From NCBI GenBank assembly GCA_963771175.1, contig CAVYSY010000010.1, forward strand, positions 1-64,000: a stretch of DNA of 64,000 nucleotides, in the 5' to 3' direction. The DNA is from an uncultured delta proteobacterium (GTDB lineage: Bacteria > Myxococcota > Myxococcia > Myxococcales > Myxococcaceae). A program made the position numbers and the translations under genes. The stretch's first letter is position 1; the number at the start of each line of letters is the position of its first letter. Of the stretch, positions 1-10,083 are shown one piece after another. A model generated the notes under the pieces. That model was not told where the DNA came from. It saw nothing but the letters and a program-made list of their open reading frames with translations, and ran no database searches.

Positions 1-174
1 TGAAGGCACAAGGAAAACACAGCCGCCTCAATGCAATGCATTGCCTTCTGGCATGTCTTGCTCTTATTCTTGCCATCGCCGTCGGTCGGGAGGGAAGTGA
101 TTCCTACCACCAACGCGCCCGGTGCCGGATGACCCGGCCTGGGTATTCCCATACCCATAGGAGGGGGACACATC

Positions 175-291
175 ATGACCAACGAGCAGACCACCCAGGA
201 CGTGGAACAGAACCTCACCGAGATGAGCGATGAGGCGCTCGACAACCTCGTCTCCGGCGCGCAGGAACTGAGCAAGTCTCAGTCCTGGTAA
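175..291 (+). CDS. 38-aa putative RiPP precursor peptide (MTNEQTTQDVEQNLTEMSDEALDNLVSGAQELSKSQSW)
   Basis: Translated by hand (shorter than any ORF in the supplied track). ATG at 175, TAA at 289-291, strong SD (AGGAGG) just upstream. Acidic leader EMSDEALDNLVSGA resembles double-glycine-type leaders; C-terminal Trp. Confidence 0.7.
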   Translation: MTNEQTTQDVEQNLTEMSDEALDNLVSGAQELSKSQSW

Positions 292-393
292 GGAAGCCGG
301 GCCCATGGCCTGGAACCCACGGGCGGGCGCACATCCAGCGCCCGCTCGTCGTATTTGGAGCACCCACCGGTGGTGGGTCCGTGAGGGGACACC

Positions 394-1530
394 ATGGCGC
401 ATGCATTGGATGAATATCTGAGGCTCGCCGAGCCCCACCTCCCACCCCACCTCGTCTCTTCCGAAGCGCTGGCCCACATCGGGCGGATTGCCCGACTGCT
501 GCCACCCGTCTCCGCCTCCGGCTTCGAGTGCCAGCTCGGGCGGACGGAGGCCCTGGCCGACTTCGGCGTCCGAATGATCGCCACCGACGGCAGCAGGGCC
601 GTGCTGGCCGGGCGCGAGGATGCAGACTTCACCCTGCCCGCCCCGCTCCGGGCCGACCCCATCTGGGAGCGCCTGCGTCGCTTCGGCGCGCGCTGGGACG
701 AGCCGGGGACGCTGTTGCGCGAGGAGATCCGCGACGTCTTCCTGGAGTTCGACGTCGTCGGCGCACCGCCCGAGGTGCCCATCCCCTCCTTCTTCATCGA
801 GTACGTCGACGCGGCCCACCGGCGCCTGGAGGCGATGGAGGAGTCCCTGGCGCTGCTGTGGGGCGAGCCGCTCGCGCCCGCCGTCCGGGAGCGCGTGGTG
901 GCCTGCCTCGAGGCGCTGCCCCCGGGGGCCCGAGTGTCCGCGGTGGGCGCCATGTTCTCCCGCCGCTTCGACGGGGTGCGGCTGTGCTTCCACGGCCTGG
1001 GCATGGACACACTGCCCGACTACCTGAGCCGCATCGGCTGGTCCGGAGACCGCGCCGGCCTGGAGGTACTGCTCGCCGGGGTGGCCGATCGGGTGGAGCG
1101 CCTGGTGCTGTGCCTCGACGTGGGCGCGACCGTCCTGCCCAAGGTGGGCGTGGAGTGCCACCAGGCGGAGAGCCTGCAGGAGCCCGACGCCGCGCGGTGG
1201 TCCCTGCTGCTGGAGCGGCTCGTCGAGCAGGGCCTGTGTCTGCCGGCCAAGAGAGCCGCCCTGCTCGACTGGCTGGGCAACACCCACGCCCGCTCCCGCC
1301 CCGAGTCCCTCCCCGGCAACCTGCGAGCGCGCTGCGAGGCGATGGGCCCCCAGGCCCTTCCCGTCTTCATGCGGCGCATCAACCACCTCAAGCTCATCCA
1401 CTCGCCAGGCCAGCGGCCCGAGGCCAAGGCCTACTTCGTCCTGCTGCAGCGGTGGCTCGGCTACGACGGACAGCGCAAGCGCTACGTTTTCGGGGATTTC
1501 GATGAGGTCCGGAACGCGCTCCAAGGCTGA
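394..1530 (+). CDS. 378-aa uncharacterised enzyme, possibly a peptide-modifying (prenyltransferase-like) protein
   Basis: Clean ORF with SD GAGGGG and high-GC codon usage. Motif-like blocks GFECQL..ADF, FLEFD, GAMFSR, LDVG..PKVGVEC, NHLKL..KAYF. Function is inferred. Confidence 0.6.
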   Translation: MAHALDEYLRLAEPHLPPHLVSSEALAHIGRIARLLPPVSASGFECQLGRTEALADFGVRMIATDGSRAVLAGREDADFTLPAPLRADPIWERLRRFGARWDEPGTLLREEIRDVFLEFDVVGAPPEVPIPSFFIEYVDAAHRRLEAMEESLALLWGEPLAPAVRERVVACLEALPPGARVSAVGAMFSRRFDGVRLCFHGLGMDTLPDYLSRIGWSGDRAGLEVLLAGVADRVERLVLCLDVGATVLPKVGVECHQAESLQEPDAARWSLLLERLVEQGLCLPAKRAALLDWLGNTHARSRPESLPGNLRARCEAMGPQALPVFMRRINHLKLIHSPGQRPEAKAYFVLLQRWLGYDGQRKRYVFGDFDEVRNALQG

Positions 1531-1621
1531 GCCTCCTCGGTCCGTCCTCCCGACGGGGGGGCGTGGCCAAGGGCCTTTCAAAGGGGATAGACTCTTCCGC
1601 TCGCACGGGAGACGTCAGCGG

Positions 1622-2242
1622 ATGAGCGGTGGGCAAGCCCCCAAGGAAGGAGAACCCAGCATCAGCACGGAGCTGGAGTTGCAGCGGCGGCTCTCCCTGG
1701 CGACTCCGGCGGACACCGTGCGAGGGCTGTCCTTCCACACCGTGATGGAAGCGCTCCGGGCGGACCTCGGGGAGGAGGCGGTGGAGCAGTGCCTCGCGCC
1801 ACGCGCGGAGAAGATCTACCGCAGCTTCTTCTCCTACCCCATCAGTGAGTACCTCCACGTGCTGTACACCGCGGGGTGGATGCTGAGCGAGAAGCACGGC
1901 GGCTTCGAGAACGCCATCCGGCGCATCGGAGCGGGGCTGGCCCCCGGGTTCCTCTCCTCCGTGGTGGGCCGGGCGTTCCTGCTGCTGGCCAAGGACGGCC
2001 CCAAGCAGCTCATCAACAACATGCCAGTGGCCTTCAAGGCCGCGGCGAGCTTCGGCGAGAGCAGCATCACCTGGACGGGGCCGAAGAGCGGCGTCTTCCG
2101 CACGAAGAAGGACTTCCTGCTCTACCTCAACCACGAGGGCGGGATGCTGGGCCTGTTCCGGGCGCTGGGCCTCCAGGGCGCGCGGGTGCACGGCCGGCAG
2201 ACGGGACCCCTCGAGAACGAGGTGGAGTTCTCCTGGGAGTGA
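1622..2242 (+). CDS. DUF2378 / TIGR02265-type myxobacterial paralogous family protein
   Basis: ATPADTVRGL..F, FFSYPI, FLSSVVGR, ASFGE and C-terminal FSWE are typical of this family; start placed at ATG 1622. Confidence 0.75.
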   Translation: MSGGQAPKEGEPSISTELELQRRLSLATPADTVRGLSFHTVMEALRADLGEEAVEQCLAPRAEKIYRSFFSYPISEYLHVLYTAGWMLSEKHGGFENAIRRIGAGLAPGFLSSVVGRAFLLLAKDGPKQLINNMPVAFKAAASFGESSITWTGPKSGVFRTKKDFLLYLNHEGGMLGLFRALGLQGARVHGRQTGPLENEVEFSWE

Positions 2243-2254
2243 GGCCCCGCGGCC

Positions 2255-2833
2255 TCACGGACCGGTAGCGGGCTCGGCGAAGTAGCTCTGCCCGCGGCGG
2301 CGGCCGCCGCCGTGCGCCTCCGAATGGAGGGCATCCCAATCCCGCCGCGGGTGCGCCTCCCGGGGAGGCGTCCCTCGGAGCTCGACGAAGTAGGACTGCT
2401 CGTGGGCGCGCTCCGCCATCAGCGCCGCCAGGCACTCCGCATGGGCCTCGAGCGGCAGCACGCAGATGTCGAAGCGGTTGCCGAGATCGTCCTGGCGGAT
2501 GACGGCCCAGCCCTCCAGCGGGAGGAACTCCTCCGCATCGCGCCGCCAGGTCACCGCGTGGGTGCCGAGCTCCAGGTGCGCGAGCGCGTGCTCGACCTCC
2601 AGGTGCTCCAGCCGCACGGAGGCTTCTTGCGAGGCGCGCTCGTAGTCGACGAGCAGCGCGAGGCCGCAGTCGCAGCGGAAGCCCCACTGGTACACGCGCC
2701 CCGCCCCACCCTCCTCGTCCCGCGCGTGCGGAGCCCCGAGGCTCCGTGTGAGCTCGGCCAGCGACACCTTCACCGTGAAGGAAGGGCTCTCGGAAGACCA
2801 GAGGACTGGACGACTCGGAGGGAGTGGCTGCAT
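2255..2833 (-). CDS. hypothetical protein (192 aa)
   Basis: ORF with plausible composition and an upstream SD (AGGAG). C-terminal part contains WAVIRQDDLGNRF...HEQSYFV. Confidence 0.6.
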   Translation of the reverse strand: MQPLPPSRPVLWSSESPSFTVKVSLAELTRSLGAPHARDEEGGAGRVYQWGFRCDCGLALLVDYERASQEASVRLEHLEVEHALAHLELGTHAVTWRRDAEEFLPLEGWAVIRQDDLGNRFDICVLPLEAHAECLAALMAERAHEQSYFVELRGTPPREAHPRRDWDALHSEAHGGGRRRGQSYFAEPATGP

Positions 2834-2973
2834 GGGCGTGCTCCTGGGCGGGAGTGGGGACTCCCTTCAGGATAGGCACGACCAGGCAAGCGTCTTCCCC
2901 TCGCGGTACCAAGTGCCAGGAACAGCACGAAGTCCGCCGCGCTCGCGTTCACTGGCTACTGGCGGGCGTTGTC

Positions 2974-5176
2974 CTACCCGGCGAGCAGCGCCTGCCGCGG
3001 CCGCACCACCTCGACCGCCGCGGGCAGCGTGAGGGTGATCCGGGTGCCCCGACCCTGGCGACTCTCCGCGCGCAGCGTGCCGCCCAGACTCGTCACGATG
3101 GCATGGCTCACCGACAGCCCCAGGCCCGTGCTCGAGGGGCGAGAGGAGACGAAGGGCTCGAAGATGCGCGAGAGCACCTCCGGAGAAAGGCCCCTGCCCG
3201 TGTCCTGCACCTCCACCACCATCTCCCCCTCCTCGCCGGTGTAGGCGGCCACCCGCAGCACATTGCGCTCGGCGTTCCCCGAGTCCATCGCGTGCACCGC
3301 GTTGAGCAGCAAGTTGATGAAGAGCTGGCTCAGCCGGGCCTCGTCCGCGTCCACCGCCGGCACGTCGTGGAAGTCCTTCTCCAACCGCGCCCGGTGGTTC
3401 AGCTCACCGCGGATGAGCTTCAGCGCGTTCTCCAGCACCGGCTGCACATCCACCCGCGCCCGGTGCTCCGGCGGCTTGCGCGAGAGCGTACGCAGATCCT
3501 GAACGATGTGCTTCAGCCGGTCCGCCCCCTCCGTCGTCTCGGCCAGGGCCTCCAGCACGTCGTCGAACTCCCGCGTCACGGCCTCGCCCCGCTCGCGCAG
3601 CATGTCCCCCAGCCGCTCCAGCTCCTCCCGGGCGTAGGAGAGATTGGCCAGCATGAAGGCCAGCGGGTTGTTCATCTCGTGCCCCACCGCCGCCGCCAGC
3701 GAGCCCAGTGCCGACAGGCGATCCGCCTGGATGAGCCGCGCCTCCATCTGCTTGCGCAGCGTCACGTCCCGGGCGAACACCCGCAGGCCCGGGGGATCCC
3801 AGAGCTGCGCCACCGTCAGCTCCCAGTACCGGCCGTCCAGGTGCACCGTGGGCGCGGGCTCGCCCGAGGGAGCTCCGCGCCAGGCCCACTGCAGCACCGC
3901 CTTCACCATCGGGTGCTGCTCGCCCTGAACCACCAGGTCCGGGAAGGCCTTGTGCGTGGCCGGGTTGGCGTAGCGCAGCTCACCCGCCATGCCCAGCTCC
4001 AGCAGGGGCTCGGGGTGCAGCAGCGGGAAGGAGGCCAGCCGGTACAGCGGCTCCTCCAGCGCGCGCAGCCCGGAGACGTCACGCACCAGCAGGCCCAGGC
4101 GAGAGCCCGTCTCGCCGGGAGCCGGCGCGCACGGAGTCACCTCGGCCGCGTACCAGCGCGTCTGCCCTTCCACCTCCAGCCGGTACTCCAGCCGGCCTCC
4201 CGAGCCGCCGTGGCGCACCGCGCGAGTGAGCGCGAGCAGCGGCTCGCTCGCCTCCGCCCCCAGCACCTGCACCAGCGGCAACCCCTCGGCGCCCGACACG
4301 TCCCGGCCGAAGGCCCTGCCCGTGGGCGACCACAGCCGCCGGCACCGCTCCTCCTCGTCCACCTCCGCCACCACGTACTCGGCGCTGCCCGCCGGCCGTG
4401 CCGAGGGCCTCACCTGCGTGCCCGACGCGAGCACGAAGCCCTCCACCCGGAAGGGCCCCATCAGCATCTCCAGGCCCCCCCCGTCGGTATTCATCCCCGT
4501 GAGGGCGGACACCAGCGCGGCGGCGTCCGCCTCGGACATGCGCTGGGTGAGGATGATGCCGTCGGCGAGCGTGGGCGCGGTGAAGAAGAACGGGAGCAGC
4601 TTGGGCTCCTCGGCCCCCACGTAGGAGGCCAGGGTGGCCCGCATGGCGTGCTCGTCCGGGTGGTTGGAGAAGACGGCGGCCACGTCCGACTCGCCCGCGA
4701 GCACGGCGTTCAGCGCCTTGCGGTAGGTGCCGAGGAAGCGCTGCTCGGAGAAGGCCTCCTCCGGGCACACGCCTCGCGACTCCAGATCTCGCAGGGGCAG
4801 CAGGTGCCCGCCCGTGGAGCGCGGGGCCACCCACGCCACGCGCTTGCCCTTCAACGTCTCCAGCGTGAGGGGCTCGTCCGCCCGGCACACCAGGGCCGAG
4901 TGGTAGCTCCAGCTCCCCGAGCGCACCGCGCGCAGCACCGCCCGCGCCTGGGGCTCGAAGGCGGTGCACTGCTCGGCCGTGCCCCACACCATGTCCACCC
5001 GGCCCGCGGCCAGCTCCACCTCCAGCGCCTCGTAGGTGGGTGCCAGCTCCACCACCACCGGCCTCCCCAGCCGCTCCGAGAGCGCGCGGCCGAAGAGATT
5101 CGACCCGAACGTGCTCCCGCACCTCCCCGAGCGACGGGTAGAGCATGAACCGGATGGGGGTGGTCGACACAGTCAT
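2974..5176 (-). CDS. PhnD/phosphonate-binding-like domain fused to a sensor histidine kinase (one frameshift near 5095)
   Basis: N-terminal binding-domain motifs (YEALEVELAAGRVD, STGGHLLP). H-box VGHEMNNPL, N-box NLLLNA, DTGRG, FEPF, GLGL. The start MTVSTTPIRF lies in another frame. Confidence 0.8.
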
Positions 5177-5240
5177 GAGGAGAGTCCTCCTTGATGCCCC
5201 CCCAGGGCCCGGGCGAGGCCCCGAGTCGGTTGTGCCCCAC

Positions 5241-5264
5241 ATCATGCACAAACTTGTGCATGAT
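5241..5264. promoter_or_regulatory. near-perfect palindrome ATCATGCACAA-AC-TTGTGCATGAT, candidate operator
   Basis: 11-bp perfect inverted repeat in an AT-rich patch about 65 bp upstream of the PhnD-kinase start. Confidence 0.5.
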
Positions 5265-5372
5265 TGCACACTTTTCCAGTTTCACTGGACTCCGAGGGTT
5301 GTCCAGTCCTACCTGCCCCCCATGTTCCCAAGCGGTGGGGCGCCGGCGACGGAGCCGTGGCGCCGGGCCCGC

Positions 5373-5711
5373 TCAGGGCGCGGGGACGCGATCCCCGTGA
5401 CTGGGCGGGCTCGAGATGACGAGGATCTCCAGGGGCTCGGGGCCCTCGTTGAAGATTTGGTGAGGGACGCCCGGCTCCACCTCCAAGGCCTGATGGGGGC
5501 CGAGCAGCTCGCGGCGTCCCGCGGCCTCCAGGGTGGCGCGGCCGGACAGCACGAAGAAGAGCTGCCGGGCGTTGCGGTGGTAGTGGCGCACCTCTTGGGT
5601 CCCCGGAGGCATGCGCTCATGGATGACGCTGACGTCCGGCCGCTTCAGGAGATGCCACCCGTCGCAGCCGGCGCCCCAGACGTAGTGCTCGGCGTTGTCC
5701 TTGCTGATCAT
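5373..5711 (-). CDS. cupin domain protein
   Basis: ERMPPG..E..HYH..ARQLFFVLSG and PGVPHQI cupin motifs. Confidence 0.85.
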   Translation of the reverse strand: MISKDNAEHYVWGAGCDGWHLLKRPDVSVIHERMPPGTQEVRHYHRNARQLFFVLSGRATLEAAGRRELLGPHQALEVEPGVPHQIFNEGPEPLEILVISSPPSHGDRVPAP

Positions 5712-5743
5712 GAGGATGAGGGTCTCCTCCCCATCACCCCAGC

Positions 5744-5983
5744 CTAGAAGGCGCTGAATGTGGTGATGGTGTAGGTGTCCTTGATGCCGGGGAGCGTCTG
5801 GATGCGCTCGGTGACGAAGCGGCCGATGTCCTGGTCCTTGTCGAGGTGGAACTTGGCCAGCAGATTGTACCCACCCGAGGTGGAGTAGACCTCGGCGGCC
5901 TCGTCGACCTGGTCGACGATCATCGCCGCGGTCTTGTAGGTCTGCCCCAGCTCACACTTGATCATGACGAAGATGGTGTGCAC
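5744..5983 (-). CDS. stand-alone Lrp/AsnC ligand-binding (RAM) domain protein
   Basis: IFVMIKCELG...VYSTSGGYNLLAK...IQTLPGIKDTYT; no HTH; probable GTG start. Confidence 0.8.
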   Translation of the reverse strand: MHTIFVMIKCELGQTYKTAAMIVDQVDEAAEVYSTSGGYNLLAKFHLDKDQDIGRFVTERIQTLPGIKDTYTITTFSAF

Positions 5984-6076
5984 GGGAACACAGCCTAGCA
6001 TAAGCCCCCGGAGCGCCTGACGGCCGACGCGCGACCTTCTGGGGTCCGGGCATTTCTGCGATGCTCCGCCGGGTCC

Positions 6077-8722
6077 ATGAACAACTGGCGATCTCTAGCT
6101 GCGCGTATGGCGGCGGCGTTCCTGCTGCTGTCGTTGTTGGGGGGTCCGACCCTGGCGCTGCTCCTCACCGGGGGCTCACCATGGCAGGGGCAGGCCTCGG
6201 CCCCTCGGAGCGGCGACGACTGGAGCTCGCTGCTGGCGACGGAGAAGGGCTTCTCGCGGAGTCTCGTGCTCTCCGTGGCGCAGGGTCGATTGACGGTGGA
6301 CTTCTCCGGCACGTTCGAGGCCTCCGGCCCCCTCGCCAGGCGCATTTTGGAAGGTGGGCTCGAGGATGAGGACGCCCTGCGCTCCTTCATCGTGGCGGCG
6401 TTCGGCCTCCTGGAGCTGGAAGGCGGTGCCTTCCACGAGGCGACGTACTCGCAACCCCAATGGGAGCTGGTCCCCCAGAGCCAGGCGCTCCACCTCAAAC
6501 TCCAAGCCTGGACACCCGTTGGCTCCACTGTCTCGGGGGAGCTGAAGCGGTCCCCGGACGCGCCCCCGGGTCTCACGCGGGATGAGTTCCGGCTGAACCA
6601 CGCGGGAGGCCGGCGGTTGAGCCTCCTGCCTGTTCCCGACGAGACCTCGAACGAGCATGCCCTGTTGGCTCGACTGTCCAACCCCATCCCCTCCATCAGG
6701 TTCGGTGTCGAGCTCCCGGAAGGTCCGGCGGCGCGGACCCGACTCCTCCTCTGGAATTACGGCGGCGTCACCGCGGTCCCCTTGCTCTACGACTTCCTCA
6801 AGGGCCTCGGCCGGGCGCTGCCCTTCCTGCTGTTCCTCGTGTTCACGAGGGAGCCGGTGCGGGAAGAGGCGGAACGGACGCGGGTGCTCCGCCAGGTCAC
6901 GCTCACCATCATCTACTTCATCGTCCTCCTCTGGCTGCTCACGGGTCTGTTGAAGGCGCTGTACGGATGGCAGCAGATGCGCGAGCTGTCCGCCTGGATT
7001 GAGACCTGGGGGCGAGACGTGTGGGGCGTGGTGCCGCTGACTCCGCTCCTCCCCCGAGCGATCAGCGCCCTGTTCCCGGCGCTCATCGGAGTCATCCTGC
7101 CTGGATTCCTGATGGGAAGACTTCAGGAGGACGCGGTGCGCACGTGGCGGTACACGCCCGCGCGCAAGAGCGTGCTCCTTGGCATGGCCATCTGCGCCAC
7201 CTGCATGGTGGTGGCGGTGCCCGTCTCCTCGGGGTTCCCAGGAAGGCACTGGCTGCCGGTCGGCATGGGCGCGCTCTTCCTGAGCTGGCTGCTGTTCGTC
7301 GCGCTGCTCGGCGCGATGGGCGTGCGCGCCTTCCGCTCCACCACGGCGCTCGTGGCCACGGCCACCCTCGGCATCACGGTGGGGCTGATGGTTCTACCAC
7401 CCCACGTCGCTCCCACCTGGAAGACCGCCGGATGGAAGGGCCTGGACACGGCACTGACGACCGCCGTGCTCCTCGGCCTCGTGATGGCGTATCGCCACTT
7501 CACCACGGCCGCCTCGGGAGGCCCCCCGCCCCAGCTCTCCACCCCAGCCAGGGCGGGAGTGGTGCTCGGATGCGTGGTGCTCGCCTACCCGGTGGCCATG
7601 CCCCAGTGGACGTTCTCCGAGCACGATCTCCTCTCCTTTGTCATGACCTTCAGTTCCTTCCTCGGCTGGTTCTGGCTGGGGGGGGTCCTATGGCTGCTCC
7701 ATTCGCACGGGCGCGATTCCCAGCGAATCGCCGCGATGCCCCGCGCGGTCGGCCTCCTCGCCCTGAGCGCCACCCTATACGCCTACAGCTCGCCGATCTC
7801 CGGAGGCAAGCTCCTCACCTTCCTGATCGGTTGGCTGCTGCTGGATCGCCTCGTGGTGCTGCCGAGCGGCAGGTGGGAAAGCCTCGAACGGCTGCTCCAG
7901 GTGGTGGTGCGGGAGCGCGAGGGGTTGCTCCAGAAGATCCTCGATCTCAACGCACTGGAGAACGCCTATGTCAGCACCCGTCAGAAGGATCGCGAGCGGC
8001 TCAACTCCGGAGAGCTGAAGTTCGACGAGTACCAGAAGAACAACCAGGAGGCCTGGCGCCAGCTCACCGAGGCCCGAGCGGACGCCGCAGTCGAGAATCG
8101 ACCGGCCAAGGAGTTGGTCCTGGCATTCGGACCCGAGCCCACGGCGTGGGGCAACGGGATTCGCGGTGCCACCTTCGGGCTCCTCTTCGCCCTACCCTGG
8201 CTCCTGCTCGCGGCGTGGAGCATCTTCGAGCAGCCGAGATCGCCTCATCCCTATCCCCTCTGGGTCCTCGCCCAGGGCCTGCTGTCCACGCTCCTGCATT
8301 GGACGATCATCGGCTTCCTGTACGGATACTTCTTCCCGTACATCCGGGGCAACAGCGGTCTGCTCAAGAGCTTCTGGATCTTCCTCGCGATCGTGGTGCC
8401 GTTCTCCGTGGTGGCACTGTCGAATGCCTCCACGGCGGACCACGCACGAGCCGTGGGCTTGTGGCTCACCCAGACCCTCATCCAGATCTTCTCGCTCGGC
8501 CTGTTCGCGTTCGACCACGCGACGCTTCGCAAGAGTGGCTTACGGAGCTGGCGCCTGTTGTTCGAGGTGCACGATCTCCCCACGGTCGGCCTCTCGCTAT
8601 CATCCCTGTTCGTGGCCTTCGGGGTCGCGCTGACGACGAGCCTGCAGTCGAGTGCCCCCAGACTGGTGGAGCTCGCCCTGAAGTTCCTGTTGCCCTCGAG
8701 CTCTCGGCTCCTCACCCCCTGA
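6077..8722 (+). CDS. large multi-pass membrane protein (DUF6185-like C-terminus)
   Basis: 881-aa ORF with an N-terminal signal/anchor, many hydrophobic segments, and C-terminal FGPEPTAWGNG...GFLYGYFFPYIRGNSG. Confidence 0.65.
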   Translation: MNNWRSLAARMAAAFLLLSLLGGPTLALLLTGGSPWQGQASAPRSGDDWSSLLATEKGFSRSLVLSVAQGRLTVDFSGTFEASGPLARRILEGGLEDEDALRSFIVAAFGLLELEGGAFHEATYSQPQWELVPQSQALHLKLQAWTPVGSTVSGELKRSPDAPPGLTRDEFRLNHAGGRRLSLLPVPDETSNEHALLARLSNPIPSIRFGVELPEGPAARTRLLLWNYGGVTAVPLLYDFLKGLGRALPFLLFLVFTREPVREEAERTRVLRQVTLTIIYFIVLLWLLTGLLKALYGWQQMRELSAWIETWGRDVWGVVPLTPLLPRAISALFPALIGVILPGFLMGRLQEDAVRTWRYTPARKSVLLGMAICATCMVVAVPVSSGFPGRHWLPVGMGALFLSWLLFVALLGAMGVRAFRSTTALVATATLGITVGLMVLPPHVAPTWKTAGWKGLDTALTTAVLLGLVMAYRHFTTAASGGPPPQLSTPARAGVVLGCVVLAYPVAMPQWTFSEHDLLSFVMTFSSFLGWFWLGGVLWLLHSHGRDSQRIAAMPRAVGLLALSATLYAYSSPISGGKLLTFLIGWLLLDRLVVLPSGRWESLERLLQVVVREREGLLQKILDLNALENAYVSTRQKDRERLNSGELKFDEYQKNNQEAWRQLTEARADAAVENRPAKELVLAFGPEPTAWGNGIRGATFGLLFALPWLLLAAWSIFEQPRSPHPYPLWVLAQGLLSTLLHWTIIGFLYGYFFPYIRGNSGLLKSFWIFLAIVVPFSVVALSNASTADHARAVGLWLTQTLIQIFSLGLFAFDHATLRKSGLRSWRLLFEVHDLPTVGLSLSSLFVAFGVALTTSLQSSAPRLVELALKFLLPSSSRLLTP

Positions 8723-8746
8723 GGGGCAGCACCCACCCCAGGCCTC

Positions 8747-9892
8747 CTAGGACGCCAGGACTACTTCCTGCTCGGAGGTCTCCTGCTTCTCCGCGCCCAG
8801 CCGCGCGATCCGCCGCATGGAGCTCTTGCCCACCACGATGTCCACCATCTTCCGCGCGCGCGTCCAGACGCTCTCCTGCACGTAGGGGATGCCGTACTTC
8901 TCGCACAGCGCGCGAACCTTCGGCTGCACCCGCTGGTACTGGAGCATCGACAGGTCCGGGAAGACGTGGTGCTCGATCTGGTAGTTGAGCCAGAGGTGGA
9001 GGTAGTCGTTCAGGTCCCCACCGGTGCGGTAGTTGGCGCTGCCGATCACCTGCGCGAGGTAGCGCTCGCCACGGCCCTCCGGGGACGAGTCGAAGCGATA
9101 CAGGTCCTCGCCGGTGTGGTTGGGCCCCACCACGAGGAAGGTGTGGAAGTTGGAGAGCACCTCGGCCATCAGCGAGTTGCACAGGGCGCTGAAGGCGGCC
9201 CACGCGCCCAGCGGGAGGAAGAGCGCGGGCAGCAGGACGAAGTTCCAGGCGAAGTAGGGGGCGTAGCCGCTCAGCAGCACCTCGCGCCACTCCTCACGGG
9301 TGAGCGGCCCATCCGGACGGCGCTTGCGCCGGAGCGAGGCGAGCGTCTCCGGGGCGTAGTAGCTGGCGCGCCAGGTGATCGCGAGCAGCGCGAGCTGGAG
9401 GTAACGCAGCGCGAGCGGGCGGTTCGGGTCGCGCAAGGTGCCCTCGGCGTTGCGCTCGAGCAGGTCCGGATCCGCGTCCTCGCCGGTGTGCGAGTGATGG
9501 AGCACGTTGTGCTCGTAGACCCAGGCCTCGGGGAGAATCCAGTCGAACCAATCGAGGAAGCGGCGGCGCCCCTTGGCGAAGCTCTTGCTCGTGCGCTCGG
9601 CGGGAGCGCCCGGGACGCGGTCGTAGCCGCGGTGCCCCACGTGGTGCATCAACAACCAGCGCGTCGAGCGGCCGAGGCACAGCGCCACGGCGCTCAGCGG
9701 GTTGGGCACCACCCAGCATGTGGCCAGGCCGATCACCGTGGCGGTGCGGCCCCAGCGCTCGATGCGGCGCAGGTGAGCGAGGTCCGCCTCGCTGACGGAG
9801 GCGTCGATCTCGGCGCGCAACGCGCGGACGTCGCGCAGGAAGCCCTCCACATCCACGGATGAGGGATCGAAGTCAGGGGTGGTGCGGGACAT
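8747..9892 (-). CDS. fatty acid desaturase
   Basis: Histidine boxes HHVGH, HNVLHH and QIEHH; start at MSRTTPDF. Confidence 0.9.
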   Translation of the reverse strand: MSRTTPDFDPSSVDVEGFLRDVRALRAEIDASVSEADLAHLRRIERWGRTATVIGLATCWVVPNPLSAVALCLGRSTRWLLMHHVGHRGYDRVPGAPAERTSKSFAKGRRRFLDWFDWILPEAWVYEHNVLHHSHTGEDADPDLLERNAEGTLRDPNRPLALRYLQLALLAITWRASYYAPETLASLRRKRRPDGPLTREEWREVLLSGYAPYFAWNFVLLPALFLPLGAWAAFSALCNSLMAEVLSNFHTFLVVGPNHTGEDLYRFDSSPEGRGERYLAQVIGSANYRTGGDLNDYLHLWLNYQIEHHVFPDLSMLQYQRVQPKVRALCEKYGIPYVQESVWTRARKMVDIVVGKSSMRRIARLGAEKQETSEQEVVLAS

Positions 9893-10018
9893 GCGGGGGA
9901 CCTTGGAAATTCGGGCGGGTGGAGCGAGAATGGGGGGACGAGTTGAGCGGACCCGCCGGTGCGTGCTCGGGGGCGCAGGGTAGCCGTGGGGCAGTGGCTC
10001 CGGGAAGCCCATCTTGAG

Positions 10019-10047
10019 GTGAGCCTTCCCTCACACCGAAGGCTCAC
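10019..10047. promoter_or_regulatory. inverted repeat GTGAGCCTTC-N9-GAAGGCTCAC between the desaturase and the GT/radical SAM cassette
   Basis: 10-bp perfect inverted repeat in the divergent intergenic region. Confidence 0.35.
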
Positions 10048-10083
10048 ACTGGGGGTAGTATTACCTACGGGGGGGAAGCCTGG

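Noticed and set aside
49..62. Sigma54 promoter TGGCATGTCTTGCT upstream of the precursor peptide
   Set aside because: GG-to-GC spacing is 2 bp shorter than the strict -24/-12 requirement.
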